Origin: Lepidodermella squamata
Lineage: Eukaryota; Animalia; Gastrotricha
NCBI GenBank assembly: GCA_047495785.1
Contig: JBLDXI010000013.1
Location: forward strand, 2,914,001 to 2,978,000
Direction: 5' to 3'
DNA: 64,000 nt
Shown here: positions 38,839 through 51,926 of the stretch, one piece after another
Numbering within the stretch: position 1 is the first letter of the stretch
Layout: each line of letters starts with the position of its first letter
Position numbers and translations under genes: made by a program
The notes under the pieces: generated by a model
The model's input: the letters and a program-made list of their open reading frames with translations, nothing else
Told to the model about the DNA's origin: nothing
Database searches by the model: none

Positions 38839-39138
38839 GCTTGGCAATAAAGTCGAAACTTATATACACAACTTTGAACTCGGAATTGATGTGTGCATAT
38901 TTTGCTGAAAACCGATTTCTTTCGCTCTGATATAGCTCTAGATCAGAAACCTCACTTTTCCTGCCGAATAAACTTTTCCTAACAACTCATCAACGTGACC
39001 AGAAGCATTAATAAGGATGAAATTGCAGAACTTTTATTCAAAAATCGACTGAAAAAACTACATAAAATGGTGCAATAAAGATCAACAGTATTGCCGAAAG
39101 AGCGAGATTTTTTCCAACAAAAACAATAGCAGAGCATT

Positions 39139-39694
39139 TTAGTTACCAGTGGTTTTCACAATAGCAACAACACGAGTCTCAAGTTGAGACGCCGTGATTT
39201 TACAAGGCAGAGATGGGTTTTTTGAGAACAGCACTTTGAAAGTCACTTGAGGAGGTTGCCACCAGGAATCGCGCTGCGTTAGCGCATACTCGCCTCGATC
39301 CGCATTCGTCGCGTCCACCTTCGCGCCCCATGCAGAAAAAGCCGCAACTTTACCGGGAAATTTGAGCACGACGTAGGTGTTGTTGTAGTCGGCCGGCATG
39401 TCGATCACGCCTTCAACCTCGTGGCCGTAGGAGGTTTTAAATTTTACAGCAGCGTCTAAATTTTCGAAAAAATATGAAGAATAATTAGAAAATTTCGCGA
39501 AAGCCTGTTTGTAAAATATTTAGGTAATTACCCTGATGGGCATCCGCTTTAACCGCTCTCCGGCACACCTCTCCGTCGTCCTTATTCAGATCGGCCAAGA
39601 CTGATCCGGTCGAATGGCAACTGAATTCCTTACTCAGCGCCAGTTGGCTCAGCGGTAAAATGATTGTGAAAATTCGCATTAAAGTCTCTACCAT
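39139..39694 (-). CDS. Small secreted beta-rich protein, paralog of the C-terminal domain of the 45032-46345 gene; exons 39694-39532, 39455-39139
   Basis: Hydrophobic N-terminus. MPADYNNTYVVLKFP...WGAKVD...GEY...QRDSWWQP...SLPC...ASQLETR aligns with MPKNYNDSFLLVKFP...WGANVD...GEY...QRDTFWQP...SLPC...ASQIETR. Confidence 0.75.
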
Positions 39695-40204
39695 CTAATA
39701 ATTTAACGAAAACACTGATTTTTTTAAAGATAATTCGCGACGTCTATTAGTTTCGGTAGGTATATTAAGGAGTCACAAACGTGTTTGGCTTGTGTGAGGC
39801 TCAAATAGAGAAGTTGAAAAAAATTATGTTCTCTCAACTCCTTATAATTTTAATTTGCTCGACGTCCAGCTGCTTCAAAATATACAAGCCACGTCATCCA
39901 ATAACAGGTGTGCATGCATTATTATACTTTCATATAAAAGTTTTCACCCCGACGGCCGTTTGATGTTTTGCATATATTACTTGCTTAAATGTTCATATAT
40001 CGCGCCGCGCATAATTTAAAATGCAGATATACAACGGCGCAATTATTTGATCGGAAATAATAATAGGCTGCAAAAAAATCAATCGCAAACATTAAAAATT
40101 ACAGAATTATTTATTGTTGAATATTTAAAACAAATCGCAAAATACTGATTTTTTAGACAAAAATAATCGAAACGGATGAGAAAAGTACGTGAAAATAACT
40201 GTTA

Positions 40205-43200
40205 CTAGACTTGATAAATAAGATCGTCGTCTTTTGCCGAACTCATTGAAGAATTGGACTGTTCCCCAAGTCGGCGAGTTCTCGATAGAGGGACTCTAGG
40301 TCCAGGCGACATCATTGGGTCGTTAAGACTGCTAATATGGCTTTCAATCGGGTCATTAGGCGGGAAGGATGCAATCGACATGGAGCTAGTTAAAGCGTCG
40401 TTATTGGGTATAGACATCAAATCGAGCTTATTAGGACTCTGCAGTACAATAGGGTTGCTAAAAGGCGCGTTCGGGTGAAGAAAAGGATTAAGCGGGGTTA
40501 TCGTAGATTCATTTTGGGCGGAAAAATATTCCTGCAATTCTTGTTTCACGACTTCGGCTATGTTTTTGCGAAGAACCGCCAACATTTCGATTTGGTTCAT
40601 ACTCGACGTGTTAGGAATAGGCGTGTGAAGGTCGTGTTGAGGCGAGCTTGGCGGGTTACTTTCGAATGAAACTGTGTTGAAACAACTCGATCGCTGCTGG
40701 TTTGACGCTGCACTTGTTGTCGTGTCTTGGGAAGACAGCTGTCTATGCTTTGAGACTGACTGCTTCCCAATATCGGCCAAGGATGGGCGACGGGTTGTAA
40801 CTATCCTCGGAACCGTGAGATTACACGGCGCTTTGCTCAGTCTCGACGATGAAGTTCCGCTGAGTGATTTTGGCACAGAGTGTTTATCGAAGCTACTGTT
40901 AGCCGATCCGCCGCCATCCTGACTGCTCAAACTACCCATGTCACGCTTTCGCGAATACCGACGAGTCAGCCGAGGGGAGGGCGATTCTTCAGGTTCATTT
41001 TCTTCGCCATTATGCGATTCTTCATCCTGATTCGATTGTGAACCTAGACTCAGCGCTTTCAGGATTGTTCTAGCTTGCCTGGAAAAATTAAAAAAAATCG
41101 CGAGAATATTAATTAAGAATGTCGCTTCTTAATGGGGTTAACAAATTCCGGGGAAATTTGGTCAAACCGGGTAAAATACCGATAATTACCGAACCAGTTA
41201 TCATCAGGGTTTTCTGGGTTTTCTCCGGTACAGTTTTTATTTCTTCAGTTGAATCGTGGATAAAGGGTGAACTTTTCTCTAGGTAGTTTTAATTTAAAAA
41301 AATTAGTTGAATTCCTTACAAAAAGGTGCCAAATTAAAGAATAATTGCGCAACTTCTGGGACACGTAAAAATAATTTATACCTAATTATGGACGATTTTC
41401 GCTGGTCCATTCCGGCGGTTGTGTTTCCGGACAAAGCCGAGAAAATTTCCTGTTTCAGCCCGCGCAATGACTTCGTGTGCAGCATCATTTCACGCCTCGC
41501 TGATTCTTTCAGCTCGAATCGAAGCGCCGATATGTCCTGTTTAATCTCCAGCATGTCGTCCGCATTAACGTCCTTCGCCCTGAGTCGTTTTTTGATCACG
41601 GCTAGATACCGGCCAATAAGTCGCTTCAACAACTCCCGTCTCTCGAGATGCCGTTGATGGTGGCTGTTATTTCGCGGCGCCTCCTCAACGGCATCAGCTT
41701 GTTGGTGGTCACCCTGTTCCGAGTCAGCCCTTTTAGGCTTATTACTCCCGCCAATTTTAGGCAAACAGCAGCTGAAAACTGTCAGGAATACCCGTTTGAT
41801 CGCGTAGTAGACCGATTTAGGGCTGATGATTACGTTGAAGGGCGGCGGTAGGGTGTTTCCTTCGTCAAAGTAGGACATCCATAGCTTAGTTCGCGCGAAT
41901 TTCCACTCGATATCAGCGTTCGCAGTTATGTTTTGAAACGAATTTGACATCATGGCCTAATGATAAGAATAATTTTCAAATTCTTAATTAATTTTTTTAA
42001 TTATTAAAAATCTTACGATCAGCATGTTTAACAGGACAATAATAGCCATCGCATGGTAGGCTAATAGCAAGAGTTCCCCAACAGCTTCAACGATCAAATG
42101 GTCGCCGGGTACAGCCAGGGTTAGTACGTTCGTATGGCCGAATAGAGACCAGAACAAGTTGAGATAAGACCTGAATAACGTTGTATAAGTTCGAGCCGTT
42201 TCCGCAGCATCTGACACCACTTTATTCCCAAAATGGCGCTCGACCGACGCGCCGCCACTCTGAGCTGCGTAGAACCAATAGAGCTGGTTCAGGCCACAAG
42301 CGAACGATGTCAGAATTAGGAAAAAAATGAGAAGAAATTTCGAAATATCGATTATCATGCATCCGAGTGAAATCTGAAGTGGGCCGAGATGCGGATTTGC
42401 TTGGAAGAGAAAAACAATTCGAGCGAAACTGAACACATTTGCGATGGCGAATAGAGACTCGGAAACCAACGTCTAAAATCGAAAAAAAATTAAGCTGGAT
42501 TAAAAGAATTAAATGATAAAATACCGGGTCATTTTTCGGCCAAAAAGCTCGAGTGATAACCCTGGGCCCGTATAGTTCAGGATAAGTTGTCATTTGGAAA
42601 TAAGCAACTGTTCGAAGACATATCGATGTCATATACAATGCGATCATGGTAAAGTCGAGCCTGAAATAAATAGTTTAAAAATCAGAATTTTTTGTTCATT
42701 TTTTACTCACCAATTCCACCATTCCTTGACGTAAGTCTTTAAACCAGCCGAATAGACCTGTTTGCATTCGTTCCAGATGAACCCGAGAACGTAGAGATAA
42801 AGTAACCATTCAAAGGCGCTCGGAGCTGGGCCTCGAATCTCCGCCCGCCCGTCTTCATACATATACTCAGACCCAGCCATTACTAACAGCGCCAAAAATA
42901 TGCCGAACGAAGTCGAGTGGTACAAAAATTTCATAAAAGGACTCCGAATCATCAGCCCAACTTTAGATTTAGGCGCGAATAGGTAGACAATTGTCGCTAA
43001 TGGGAAGGTTATCATCAAAGCCGCGCAGAGAAGTAGTTTAACCACAAATCTCAACTGCCGCCACTGGCCGATATTTCCATACCAAAGATTGGCCAAAACT
43101 TGCTGGCAATGCGGGTGGGTAACAAATTGCTTCTGCTTGTATTTAATCGCTAATTTCAGCCGGTCGAGGGACATTCCGCCGCCTTTCGACTTGCGCCGGC

Positions 43201-44329
43201 AGTTCGGATCTTCGCATTGTTTCTCCTTAGATTTGTGATGCTCGTGGAAATCAAGCGCGAGAATAGCCGCGACTTCATCGGTCGAGCGGCATTCGTCCAA
43301 TAAATCGCAGACAAATACCTTGCACTGATCAGCCATTTTAACGTAAGCATCTCGAAATTCATTCTCAACATCGGCGAGCACTTCGAGTTTATGCGATAGT
43401 TTGAACGCCGTGAGAACCGGGTCCTGGCTGGTCAGGCAAATCCAAGCCGGTGATGCTAGCGCGCTGTAGATGTTGATGCGTTTAAGGCTGAAGCGCAGCG
43501 AGTCGATTGCGCGCTCTTCTTCACACGCGTGGCACGTGCACGTGACCAAATGCGGCTTGTCAATCACGGCGCCGCGCGATAAAAACAACTGCAATATTTC
43601 GAACGCATTCCTCTGCGCGGCTAACACAATAGGCGATATGTAATTCGGGTAGTTGTAAAACGTATCGCCATCGCCGCGGTAAGTCGGCCAATCGCAGCCG
43701 AGGACCTGCGGCGTAATTTGCTCGTGTTGCGTCAATAGCTCGACAATTTTATACGAATTTTCGTGGACCGCGTGGAGTAACGCGTTGCCAATATGGATGT
43801 CACGTGATTTGACTAGAATTTTCACAATTTCGATATTTTCGTTGTCAACAGCGATTTCAAGGCCTGTTCGACCGATAATATCGCGGCAGTTAACGCTAAC
43901 CGTGCCGGGTTCTTCTAACATACTCCGAACAGTGTGACGATCGCCACGCTCGATTGCGTCGATAAAACGGCGCTCACTTTCGCTCAATTCATTAATAGGC
44001 GCCTTCAGTGATATTGAACCGAATTCGCTCCCATGTAGCAGCCGCTGATCTATATCGGTGGTGAAGCAGGATGACGTCATGCGGCGCCGGATGGTCATTC
44101 GTTTGATGAAAGCGGCCGAATGAGGGGACATATCGCCCGGTTCGTTGCTAACAGTCGCGCCCAGGCTATCACCAGCCTCCGGGTCGTCATCGTTTTCGAT
44201 AGCTGTAGCGACGTCGGGCATGTGTTTTAATTCCTCAAGGTAGAGTTGCTTCGTGATAGCCGTGCTTTGGCGCCGTGAGATCTTACCCCGCCCGGCGCCT
44301 CGAAGCCATTGCGCGCGACTCATCGCCAT
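40205..44329 (-). CDS. TRPC: TRPC-family cation channel, multi-exon
   Basis: Ankyrin repeats, HxxxCxCxxC zinc (TRP_2) motif, QKQFVTHPHCQQ, TM segments, LGPLQISLG, pore LFWSLFG, TRP box EWKFAR, PPPFN and a C-terminal coiled coil. Confidence 0.93.
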
Positions 44330-45031
44330 TTGATGCGGACAAAAGAAATCGACGAATAATATACTCAGATTGTAAACATCCCCGCGATATGTCTCTTTGT
44401 ATTTCTACTGATTAATCGGCGATTGACGGAAAAATTTGAATAATAACCACCGGGGAAGTGGCACAGTCCAGAACCCGAGCTATAATGATAGCCTCCTCTC
44501 TAATTACCGGCAATCAGCATAATTTTTTGGCGCGATTGCGCATCTTTTTTTTGGTGTATAATTTTTGGTGCGCGCCAAGTTATAAAGCGGAACAAATAAA
44601 AATAATTCTGATATGAGCTGGAAGGGATATGAAATAAATAATGTCCCATTTATGAGACCTTTCAATTTTGTGAATTTGACATGCGGGAGTCGAGAAAGTT
44701 TTTCTCAAATTAAAGTAAAATGAGTAAAATTTATTTAGTAAAAAAATGATGGCGTAGAACCTAAAGAAATTAGGTTCTACGCGCGTCTCGGTTTCTAGGT
44801 TAAACGAGAAGAGGTGGGATAACAGAAAGGATGAGGCTGTTAGACCGTGATTTTATCGCATGATAAGGCTGCGAACGTCTCGCCCGGCTTTGTGCTCATC
44901 TCGCACCTTTTCGCACAGCAATTGAGTTGCGCAATCTCGACCAACCGCGCCCATGGTGGGCCTATAAAAAGAAATCTTGTACCACAAATCTCCTTCACTG
45001 CGATTTTGAATTTCAACTGAATTTTATTTCA

Positions 45032-46345
45032 ATGAATTTTGCGCTAACGTTGCTTCTCGGCTTTGGCCAGCTGCTATGCTTGGTTTACGGCCACAGCTGG
45101 ATAGCTTGTACTGATTACGAGGAGATGAGCGGGCTCTATTACTCGCACGCTAAATGCCGCGGCTTTCCTCGTTCCGGTCACCTGTACACACCAATTTCCC
45201 AACCGTTCGGCTACGAGTCCGGCTACGCTTACGTCCCGACCGAATCATTCCCTTGCAAGACTCTACGCAATGACGTCTGCGGCTACAACGCTCAACATCC
45301 GATGGCTAAGTACCACATCGGCCAAACTGTGGTCATTGCTCACCCTGCTAAGGTAAGTTACGCTGTTACTAAGGGATTTTAATTTTAATTAATTCGAATT
45401 TTATTCCAAGAACCACGCAAATGATCCCCGCTGCAATCAGAACCACAATCAAGATAACGGAAATTTCGTCTACGGTTTTAGGACAGACACGACCACTTTC
45501 ATCGACCCCGTTCGCTCGCACTTCATGAACCGATCCAACCTCGTCGCTGATTTAGGTAAATAAAGTGAGTCCTTATCACGAGCTTAGCCTTCAAATTCCT
45601 TATTTTCAAGGCGTTTCACCTGTAACTGGTCGGCCTGGTTTCACGTACAACGACTTTATCACCTACCCTAAGCAAGGTTTCCAGAACGCGCCGGCCTATT
45701 GCCAAGGCCCGGATAGCGCGCTAGCAACGAATAACATTACGATTCATCGCTCGTGGGCTCCTGGTCGCTACTCTTTCATGTGGGTCTGGTTCATGGGATC
45801 GACCTCGATTTCAAGCGCCTACTCGAGCTGTTGGGAAGCTGATGTCTATGCTACAAAGGCCGAAGCTGATGCTGCTCGAAAGGAAGCTGTGACTCCAGCT
45901 CGCCAAGGTAAAGTTAATTTTCCTTTTTATTTACATTTTTAATTTTATTTTCAAAGACACGCCTGTTGTTTACAATTCAAATTGGGGCTCTGGAGCTGAT
46001 GGTTTGATTTACATGCCGAAAAACTACAACGATTCGTTTCTGTTGGTAAAATTCCCGACTCGAGTCGGTTCGATCTCGTTTTGGGGCGCGAATGTCGATT
46101 CAAGCCGTGCCAGCACAGGCGAGTATAGACTGTGGCAGCGTGACACATTCTGGCAACCGGAAACTGTCGGTTTCACCGTGTCATTCTCCAACGAAGCATC
46201 TCTACCGTGCGGGGTGGCTGCCTCGCAAATCGAAACCCGCATTTTGAGCTACGACACTCTACTACAGCCGGGTAAACGGTACTTTTTGATGCACCGCCCT
46301 ACGCAGAGCACTAACCATGGCTGGGTGCACTGGAGCGGAAAGTGA
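45032..46345 (+). CDS. Secreted His-brace/LPMO-like protein with a C-terminal beta-rich (possibly carbohydrate-binding) domain; exons 45032-45352, 45411-45555, 45611-45907, 45957-46345
   Basis: 20-aa signal peptide ending VYG, followed by HSWIACTDY. Second His in PAKNH. C-terminal GRYSFMWVW...AYSSCWEADV. TATA at about 44963. The gene model is solid; the function is inferred. Confidence 0.65.
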
Positions 46346-46491
46346 CGCGACCTTCTCTTCCCCCAATCTGCTGATAAATACCGTAGTAAAACATTTGTTC
46401 AAGGTTAGAATTTTAAGGTAGATCTGTGATTTTATTCAAATTTTTGTGCAATAAAAAAGGGGCGTTACACAACAATAAAATAACTGATTTT

Positions 46492-47634
46492 TCACGCCAT
46501 TGTTAAATGCCGTTGTTGGGCGAAGTCCATAGACAAGGCGAATGGCCTATTTGAAACAACTAATAAGTCATTCGAGTGCCGCCGTTCGGTTCTTTCATCG
46601 TGGAAACTCGACGATGAATCTTCCTCATCGCATAGCCATGGGCTAACAATTTGAGGGCTAGCATTGCGGGCTCGATCGATCGGTGAGGCATTCACATGCT
46701 GGCGGTCTTCCAACCTATGCACAATGTTCGATTGATTGTGGTCTGGCGTGCAGTATATTGCCGGCGGAGACGGGGAGATGACTCTATTACGTTTTTTAGA
46801 ATATTTCGAGTAGATTACGTAGAAGAAAGTGACGCCGATAACTATTGCCACAACACCGGCTACAACTGTTCCGATGATGATTGCCGTTAAATTAAACTGC
46901 CGCTGATTATTTGGCTTGGCTGGGGTGGTTATCGAAGATATTTGATCGACATCATCAGTGCAATATTCGCAATAATAATAATTAGTATTGCGATTTTCCG
47001 ATAATTTTTCATTTGCTGCTGAGAGCAAATCGATTGAGCCGGATCTTCCTGAATTTGAAATTGAATCTTTTGAAGAAGGCGCGGGTTGAACTGCTGGTCG
47101 AAGAATCGCCGATTTTTGAGCAAGATTAAATCCGCGACGATTACGTGCTACAACACGACTACCAGCTTCCGAACAAAATCGCCAAGCTGCCGATGGTTTG
47201 AGGCTAAGTTTAAATTGAATGCCAGTTTTACGGTGGAATGCGACGTTTGAAAATTCCAAGTCATTTTTAGTCACATGTAGGCTTTTAGGTGAATCATTGA
47301 ACTCAAAACCGGGACAGCATTGTTTGAAGTTCAGCAAATTTTCTAGGCAGAAGCCAATCAATTCATCGGCAACGATTCGCTTCAGTGACCTCCGAATTAT
47401 CAAAAATTCGATTATGGTCAAATTCATTTGAAAGCCAATCTTTCGCGGGCAATTTTCCAGAGCGCCGATGCATTTTCGACTTATTAGATTGCCGTCGTTG
47501 CTAATAGCCAATTGGATGCCAGTTCCGCACGTGACTGAGCATGGCGACCATTTTTCTTTGCGCCGGAACCTTTTGAAGCTTTCGACCTGGCTCGCGAGGG
47601 TATATACGACCAAAATTGCGCTGAGGATATTCAT
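46492..47634 (-). CDS. Type-I membrane protein, array member A (shortest and most diverged)
   Basis: Signal peptide, WSPCSVTCGTG, NFKQCCPGF, RNRR site and a TM helix. Confidence 0.8.
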   Translation of the reverse strand: MNILSAILVVYTLASQVESFKRFRRKEKWSPCSVTCGTGIQLAISNDGNLISRKCIGALENCPRKIGFQMNLTIIEFLIIRRSLKRIVADELIGFCLENLLNFKQCCPGFEFNDSPKSLHVTKNDLEFSNVAFHRKTGIQFKLSLKPSAAWRFCSEAGSRVVARNRRGFNLAQKSAILRPAVQPAPSSKDSISNSGRSGSIDLLSAANEKLSENRNTNYYYCEYCTDDVDQISSITTPAKPNNQRQFNLTAIIIGTVVAGVVAIVIGVTFFYVIYSKYSKKRNRVISPSPPAIYCTPDHNQSNIVHRLEDRQHVNASPIDRARNASPQIVSPWLCDEEDSSSSFHDERTERRHSNDLLVVSNRPFALSMDFAQQRHLTMA

Positions 47635-48119
47635 CGTATTCGTAAAAGGTAATTCTATAAATTGAATTTAATATTCACTCGAAGCTCCAGCGAAAAACGG
47701 CTCGTGGGTTACCTTTTTTCAAACGAAAACAATCAACAAACCAAAAACACGCAGTAAATAATCATAAAATATTCCTCCGTTATCCTGAAGGCGGAAAATC
47801 TAGCTTAAAAAAAATTCAAAAAATATAAACAAACAGCGTTGTTTTCGAATGCCCATATAAATATTTATATTATGCAATTGTATAAAAAAAGGCAAGACAA
47901 TATCTCATTTCAAAATCGATTAATTTTATTAGATCGAACGTTTGATAGGCAAGTGGCTTATAGGTAACGCAAAAATAATAAAAATTTATAAAATAATAAT
48001 CGGCTATAAAAAATTGCAAAATTTGTAATTTTATCTGTAAAACATAATAATAGAAAAAAATGATCATTTGCGAGGGTTTTTTAAGCTTGTTTTTAGCCTC
48101 TATATCGGGTCAAACAACT

Positions 48120-50182
48120 CTAATATCGACGAGAAGGATCGTTGTACTTAAGTCCTGGGAGCTGCTTATTAGCGCCATTAATATGCGGTAGGCTAAGGTG
48201 CCGCGAACCTTGATAAGGGGGTTGTAGTTTGGCGTAGGACGTCGGAATAGGGGGCTGGGCGGCGTCGATCGATGCTCGTATAGTACTGCGATTGTTAGCC
48301 GCCTGCGAGATCGCCATGTCCGCCTTATGGTTTTTGTTGTTTTCAAAGTAATTCATGCTATTAGCCCCCACACCGCCCTGGGGTTTGCGTACAGATTCTG
48401 CGGAGTTATCTGAACAATGAAAAAAATGATGTTGAAGGACAAAACGTAGGTTGAATGAACAAGCTTACTCCCTGAAATAGGTTCTAACTCCGAGTTGATT
48501 TTGTTGTTTTTGTTTTTCACGCAGTTTGGGTAGATTGTGAAGTAAAACGCTACGCCAAGAATGATAAGAACGACAAATGCAGAAACTGAACCAGCTATAA
48601 TAGCTACTTTGTTCTCTTCCACAAATGTTGAGGCGCTCGATGAAGATGAGGACGAAGATGACGTTGCATCTTCACTCGCGCAGGGACTCTTTGTAGGTAG
48701 GCAAGAAGAGAAAACCCAGTTTTCTCCAGTTTCAGCACTAAGAGCCGCTATAATCTCCTGATCACTCATCACTGATTGGAAATCAGTTTGGCTGATCGAT
48801 GTCGCAGTGTCTCGTTTTTTGCGGCCACCGCTTGCTGTTCCACCTGCCTGGCAGAACTTGGTCGACGTTTCCCTGTTCACCATTAAAGTAGTCCTGAAGC
48901 AACAACCATTTTCCCGTTTGGAAGTATTCGCATAGTTTGAGTCGATTATATCGACGCTTTCAGCATAAGAGACACTCGGCGTTGATTTGAACGTGTAACC
49001 CGGGCAGCATTTTGTGAAATTCCCTGAGCTACTTTTACACATTTTTGTCAACTTGGTAGCAACAGCTCTTTTGATACTATTCCGCTGAGAAAGGTACTTG
49101 TCAATTGTAGGAACTGGCGAGAACAGTAAATCAACCCCATAAGCCTGTTCCTCAGCAGTTGGCGGGCATTTGGGATAGGAATAGGACGAGCAGGATTGGG
49201 ACGAGTAAGTTCCATCGCTATTCAGCCGCCATTGAATTCCAATACCGCATGTTGTAGAGCAGCTTGACCAGCTGTTGGGCATGACATTAGTGTTCGAAAG
49301 CAACCAAGCGGCTAGGTATTTATCTCCTGTTGGGAGTAGATCACTCGTCAGCGATAGATCAGCCAGGGCTTTGACAGTGGAAGCTCCGCTTGAGTTGGAT
49401 GATTTCAGCGAGCTGCTTGTTGTCGTTGCATTGGAGGAGGAATTTGATGACTGAACTGTTGCATTGGTAGCAGTTAACGCTGCTGTTGTTGCAGCGACGT
49501 TCGCATTTTGAGCAGCTGCAGTTGCAGAATTTCCAACATTCCCAGAAGTTGCAACAGTGTTACTCGAGGCAACTGTGACTTTCGTGGTCGCAGACGCAGC
49601 TGGAGTAGGACTAGTTGAAGCATTCCCTGCCGCTGTAGTTGATTGATATCCATTGCTGACGGTAGTAGTAGTCCTAGTGGTTGAACTAACCGTTGTTGTA
49701 ACTGCTGCATTACTCGTCGCGGTAACTGCTGTTACACTTTTCGTCACTATCGATGAGATAGACACCGTCGAGCTAGTAGGGGGGCCAGTCTGAGTTCCGC
49801 CAACTGTCGTTGTCGCCGGCGAACTGTCATCTAAGTTATTACATGGATTAATTGTGGCCAAAGTTGGGTTGCTTGTGGGAACAGTAATGACTGTCTGGGG
49901 TAGAATGCCTCCGGCGGCATTCGTAGTTCCTGCAGCGATCGCTGGAGATGTGTTCACTCCTACGTTTGTGTTGGGTATCTGAACTGTTGTAGGCGTGGCG
50001 ACCGTGACCACAGTAGCGTCAGAATTGGTTCCAAGAGGATTATAAGTTGAGATTTCTAGGCCTATTCCAGCGATGACTCCTTGAAGTTGGCAAGCTAAAC
50101 AAAAGAGGAATTCGGTTTTAGATTTACGGAGAAAGGAAGTCATCTTACCTAAGCTTGCTATCAGGAAAGACAGGACCTTCAT
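48120..50182 (-). CDS. Type-I membrane protein, array member B (mucin-like stalk); 3 exons
   Basis: S/T/A-rich region, WSSCSTTCGIG, CCPGY, GCCFR, RKKR and TM. Intron 48468-48410 joins the 48120-48371 ORF as the cytoplasmic tail. Confidence 0.85.
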
Positions 50183-50432
50183 TTTATTTTCTCATGGACA
50201 TGTAAAAAACTCATAAATGCCACGTTTACCAATTCATGAACAACGGAACGAAAATACCACGGGACTACTGGTGCACTCAATATTTAATACCCACTCAATC
50301 AAATTAAACTATTTTCCGCTGCCATTCGATGTTTCCAGCAACCCTAATACATGTCTGTTACCATGGTTGGTCATGCATAAAAGATATTGTGATTGCTAGC
50401 CAACAAATTTTATTTCAAAACCAATGTTAATA

Positions 50433-51926
50433 TCAGAGAATGACTCTAGTTGGGATCTTCCCTGGGTGATGAATTTGGCGGCGTATAGCATCAGAAATAG
50501 CTCGATCGCTGTAAATTGCCATAGCCTTGTCAGATAATACGTCATTGAAATGCGAGCCAACTGCAGTTTGAGAATGTCGTTCCATCACCGGGCGAACTCT
50601 GTTCTTCTTACAGTAGGCCGGGTAAAGATAGAAGTAGAAAAACAAGAAGAAGATCAAAGAAACAATCGCAATTGAGCAAACGCTAGCAATGATCGCAGCT
50701 TTGTTCCTTTCAAAATAGGAACCTCCGTCTGAAGACCTAGACGATTGTTCACGGTCTTCGCTGAGACACGGATACTCCTGGGGCATGCATGACGAGAATG
50801 CCCATGTCTCTCCAGTTTCAGCTGTTATCGCTGCGTTTAGATCAGGATCCGCAGCAGAGGACATCAAATCCGCTTGACTCATTGTAACATAAGACGATTG
50901 TCGCTTCCGCCTAGTAGTAGAAGCGCCACTTGCTGCTTTGCAAAATCGGCTTGTCGCCGACCTGCTGAGCATGATTGTTACTCTGAAGCAGCACCCATTC
51001 GGTCTTAACGATGTATTCGCAAAATTTGAATCCATAACATCATCGGGGCTGACATAGGACATTGCTGGAACGTATTTCAAAGAGTAACCGGGGCAACACT
51101 TTGTGAAATTCGTTCTGCTGCCAAGGCATTGCTTATTCAGCTTCTCAGCTAGAAGGCTTTTCATTGTTTTTCTATGCTCAAAGTAATCCTCCAAAGAAGG
51201 AACAGGATTGATGAGCCAATCGACGCCAAAGGACTTTTCAAGGTCGCTGGGAGGGCACTTTGGTGAGCTGAAGGAACTGCATGACTGGTGTTCTAATGAG
51301 CCATCTGACAATCGTCGCCATTGTACTCCGAGGCCGCAAGTCGAGGAGCAAGATGACCAAGTCGTTGCCATCAGGTTGATATTGGAGGCCAGAAACTTCG
51401 ATAAATATCTATCGCCATCTGATAGATCTTTATCCGTCAGCCATGAAAAATTCGCAAAGTAGTCCGGATCGGTTTCGGCTGACATTACACCAATTAGAGG
51501 AGCAAAACCAACAAAGCTAGCCAGGAAGTTTGATTTTACCGGCGAACTAACAGAGCTGGTTGTCGAATTCGGAGTGCGAACTGTCGTTGTGCTGACACTG
51601 TTCAGGTAGGCGTTGTAAAATTCAAGGCTTCTATTGTTCGAAGTCGTCCAGTTGTACCAACGCCCAACAGTAAGATTGAAGTTCACGAGTAGGCTACCGA
51701 TATTAGTAAAATTAGAAATGCCAGACCATTCAGCACTGGACAAAAACTCCATTAGCTCCGATACCGTTTTGTTCGTCCAAAAAGAAATCGAAAGCTTGCT
51801 CATAATGGAAGTAGGGGTCGACGTCTGTTGGCTGGATATTGTGGCGCCGTTCAGCAGAGCTTGATCTAATTGCATTGCGATGGATATTGATATACCAACT
51901 AAAAGAAATTGTCTGGAAATTCTCAT
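50433..51926 (-). CDS. Type-I membrane protein, array member C
   Basis: Signal peptide, N-terminus rich in N-glycosylation sequons, shared module with RRKR, and TM. Confidence 0.85.
   Translation of the reverse strand: MRISRQFLLVGISISIAMQLDQALLNGATISSQQTSTPTSIMSKLSISFWTNKTVSELMEFLSSAEWSGISNFTNIGSLLVNFNLTVGRWYNWTTSNNRSLEFYNAYLNSVSTTTVRTPNSTTSSVSSPVKSNFLASFVGFAPLIGVMSAETDPDYFANFSWLTDKDLSDGDRYLSKFLASNINLMATTWSSCSSTCGLGVQWRRLSDGSLEHQSCSSFSSPKCPPSDLEKSFGVDWLINPVPSLEDYFEHRKTMKSLLAEKLNKQCLGSRTNFTKCCPGYSLKYVPAMSYVSPDDVMDSNFANTSLRPNGCCFRVTIMLSRSATSRFCKAASGASTTRRKRQSSYVTMSQADLMSSAADPDLNAAITAETGETWAFSSCMPQEYPCLSEDREQSSRSSDGGSYFERNKAAIIASVCSIAIVSLIFFLFFYFYLYPAYCKKNRVRPVMERHSQTAVGSHFNDVLSDKAMAIYSDRAISDAIRRQIHHPGKIPTRVIL

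Noticed and set aside
44752-44781. Small hairpin gcgtagaaccta/taggttctacgc between TRPC and the LPMO-like gene
   Set aside because: A 12-bp stem alone is not enough to assign function.
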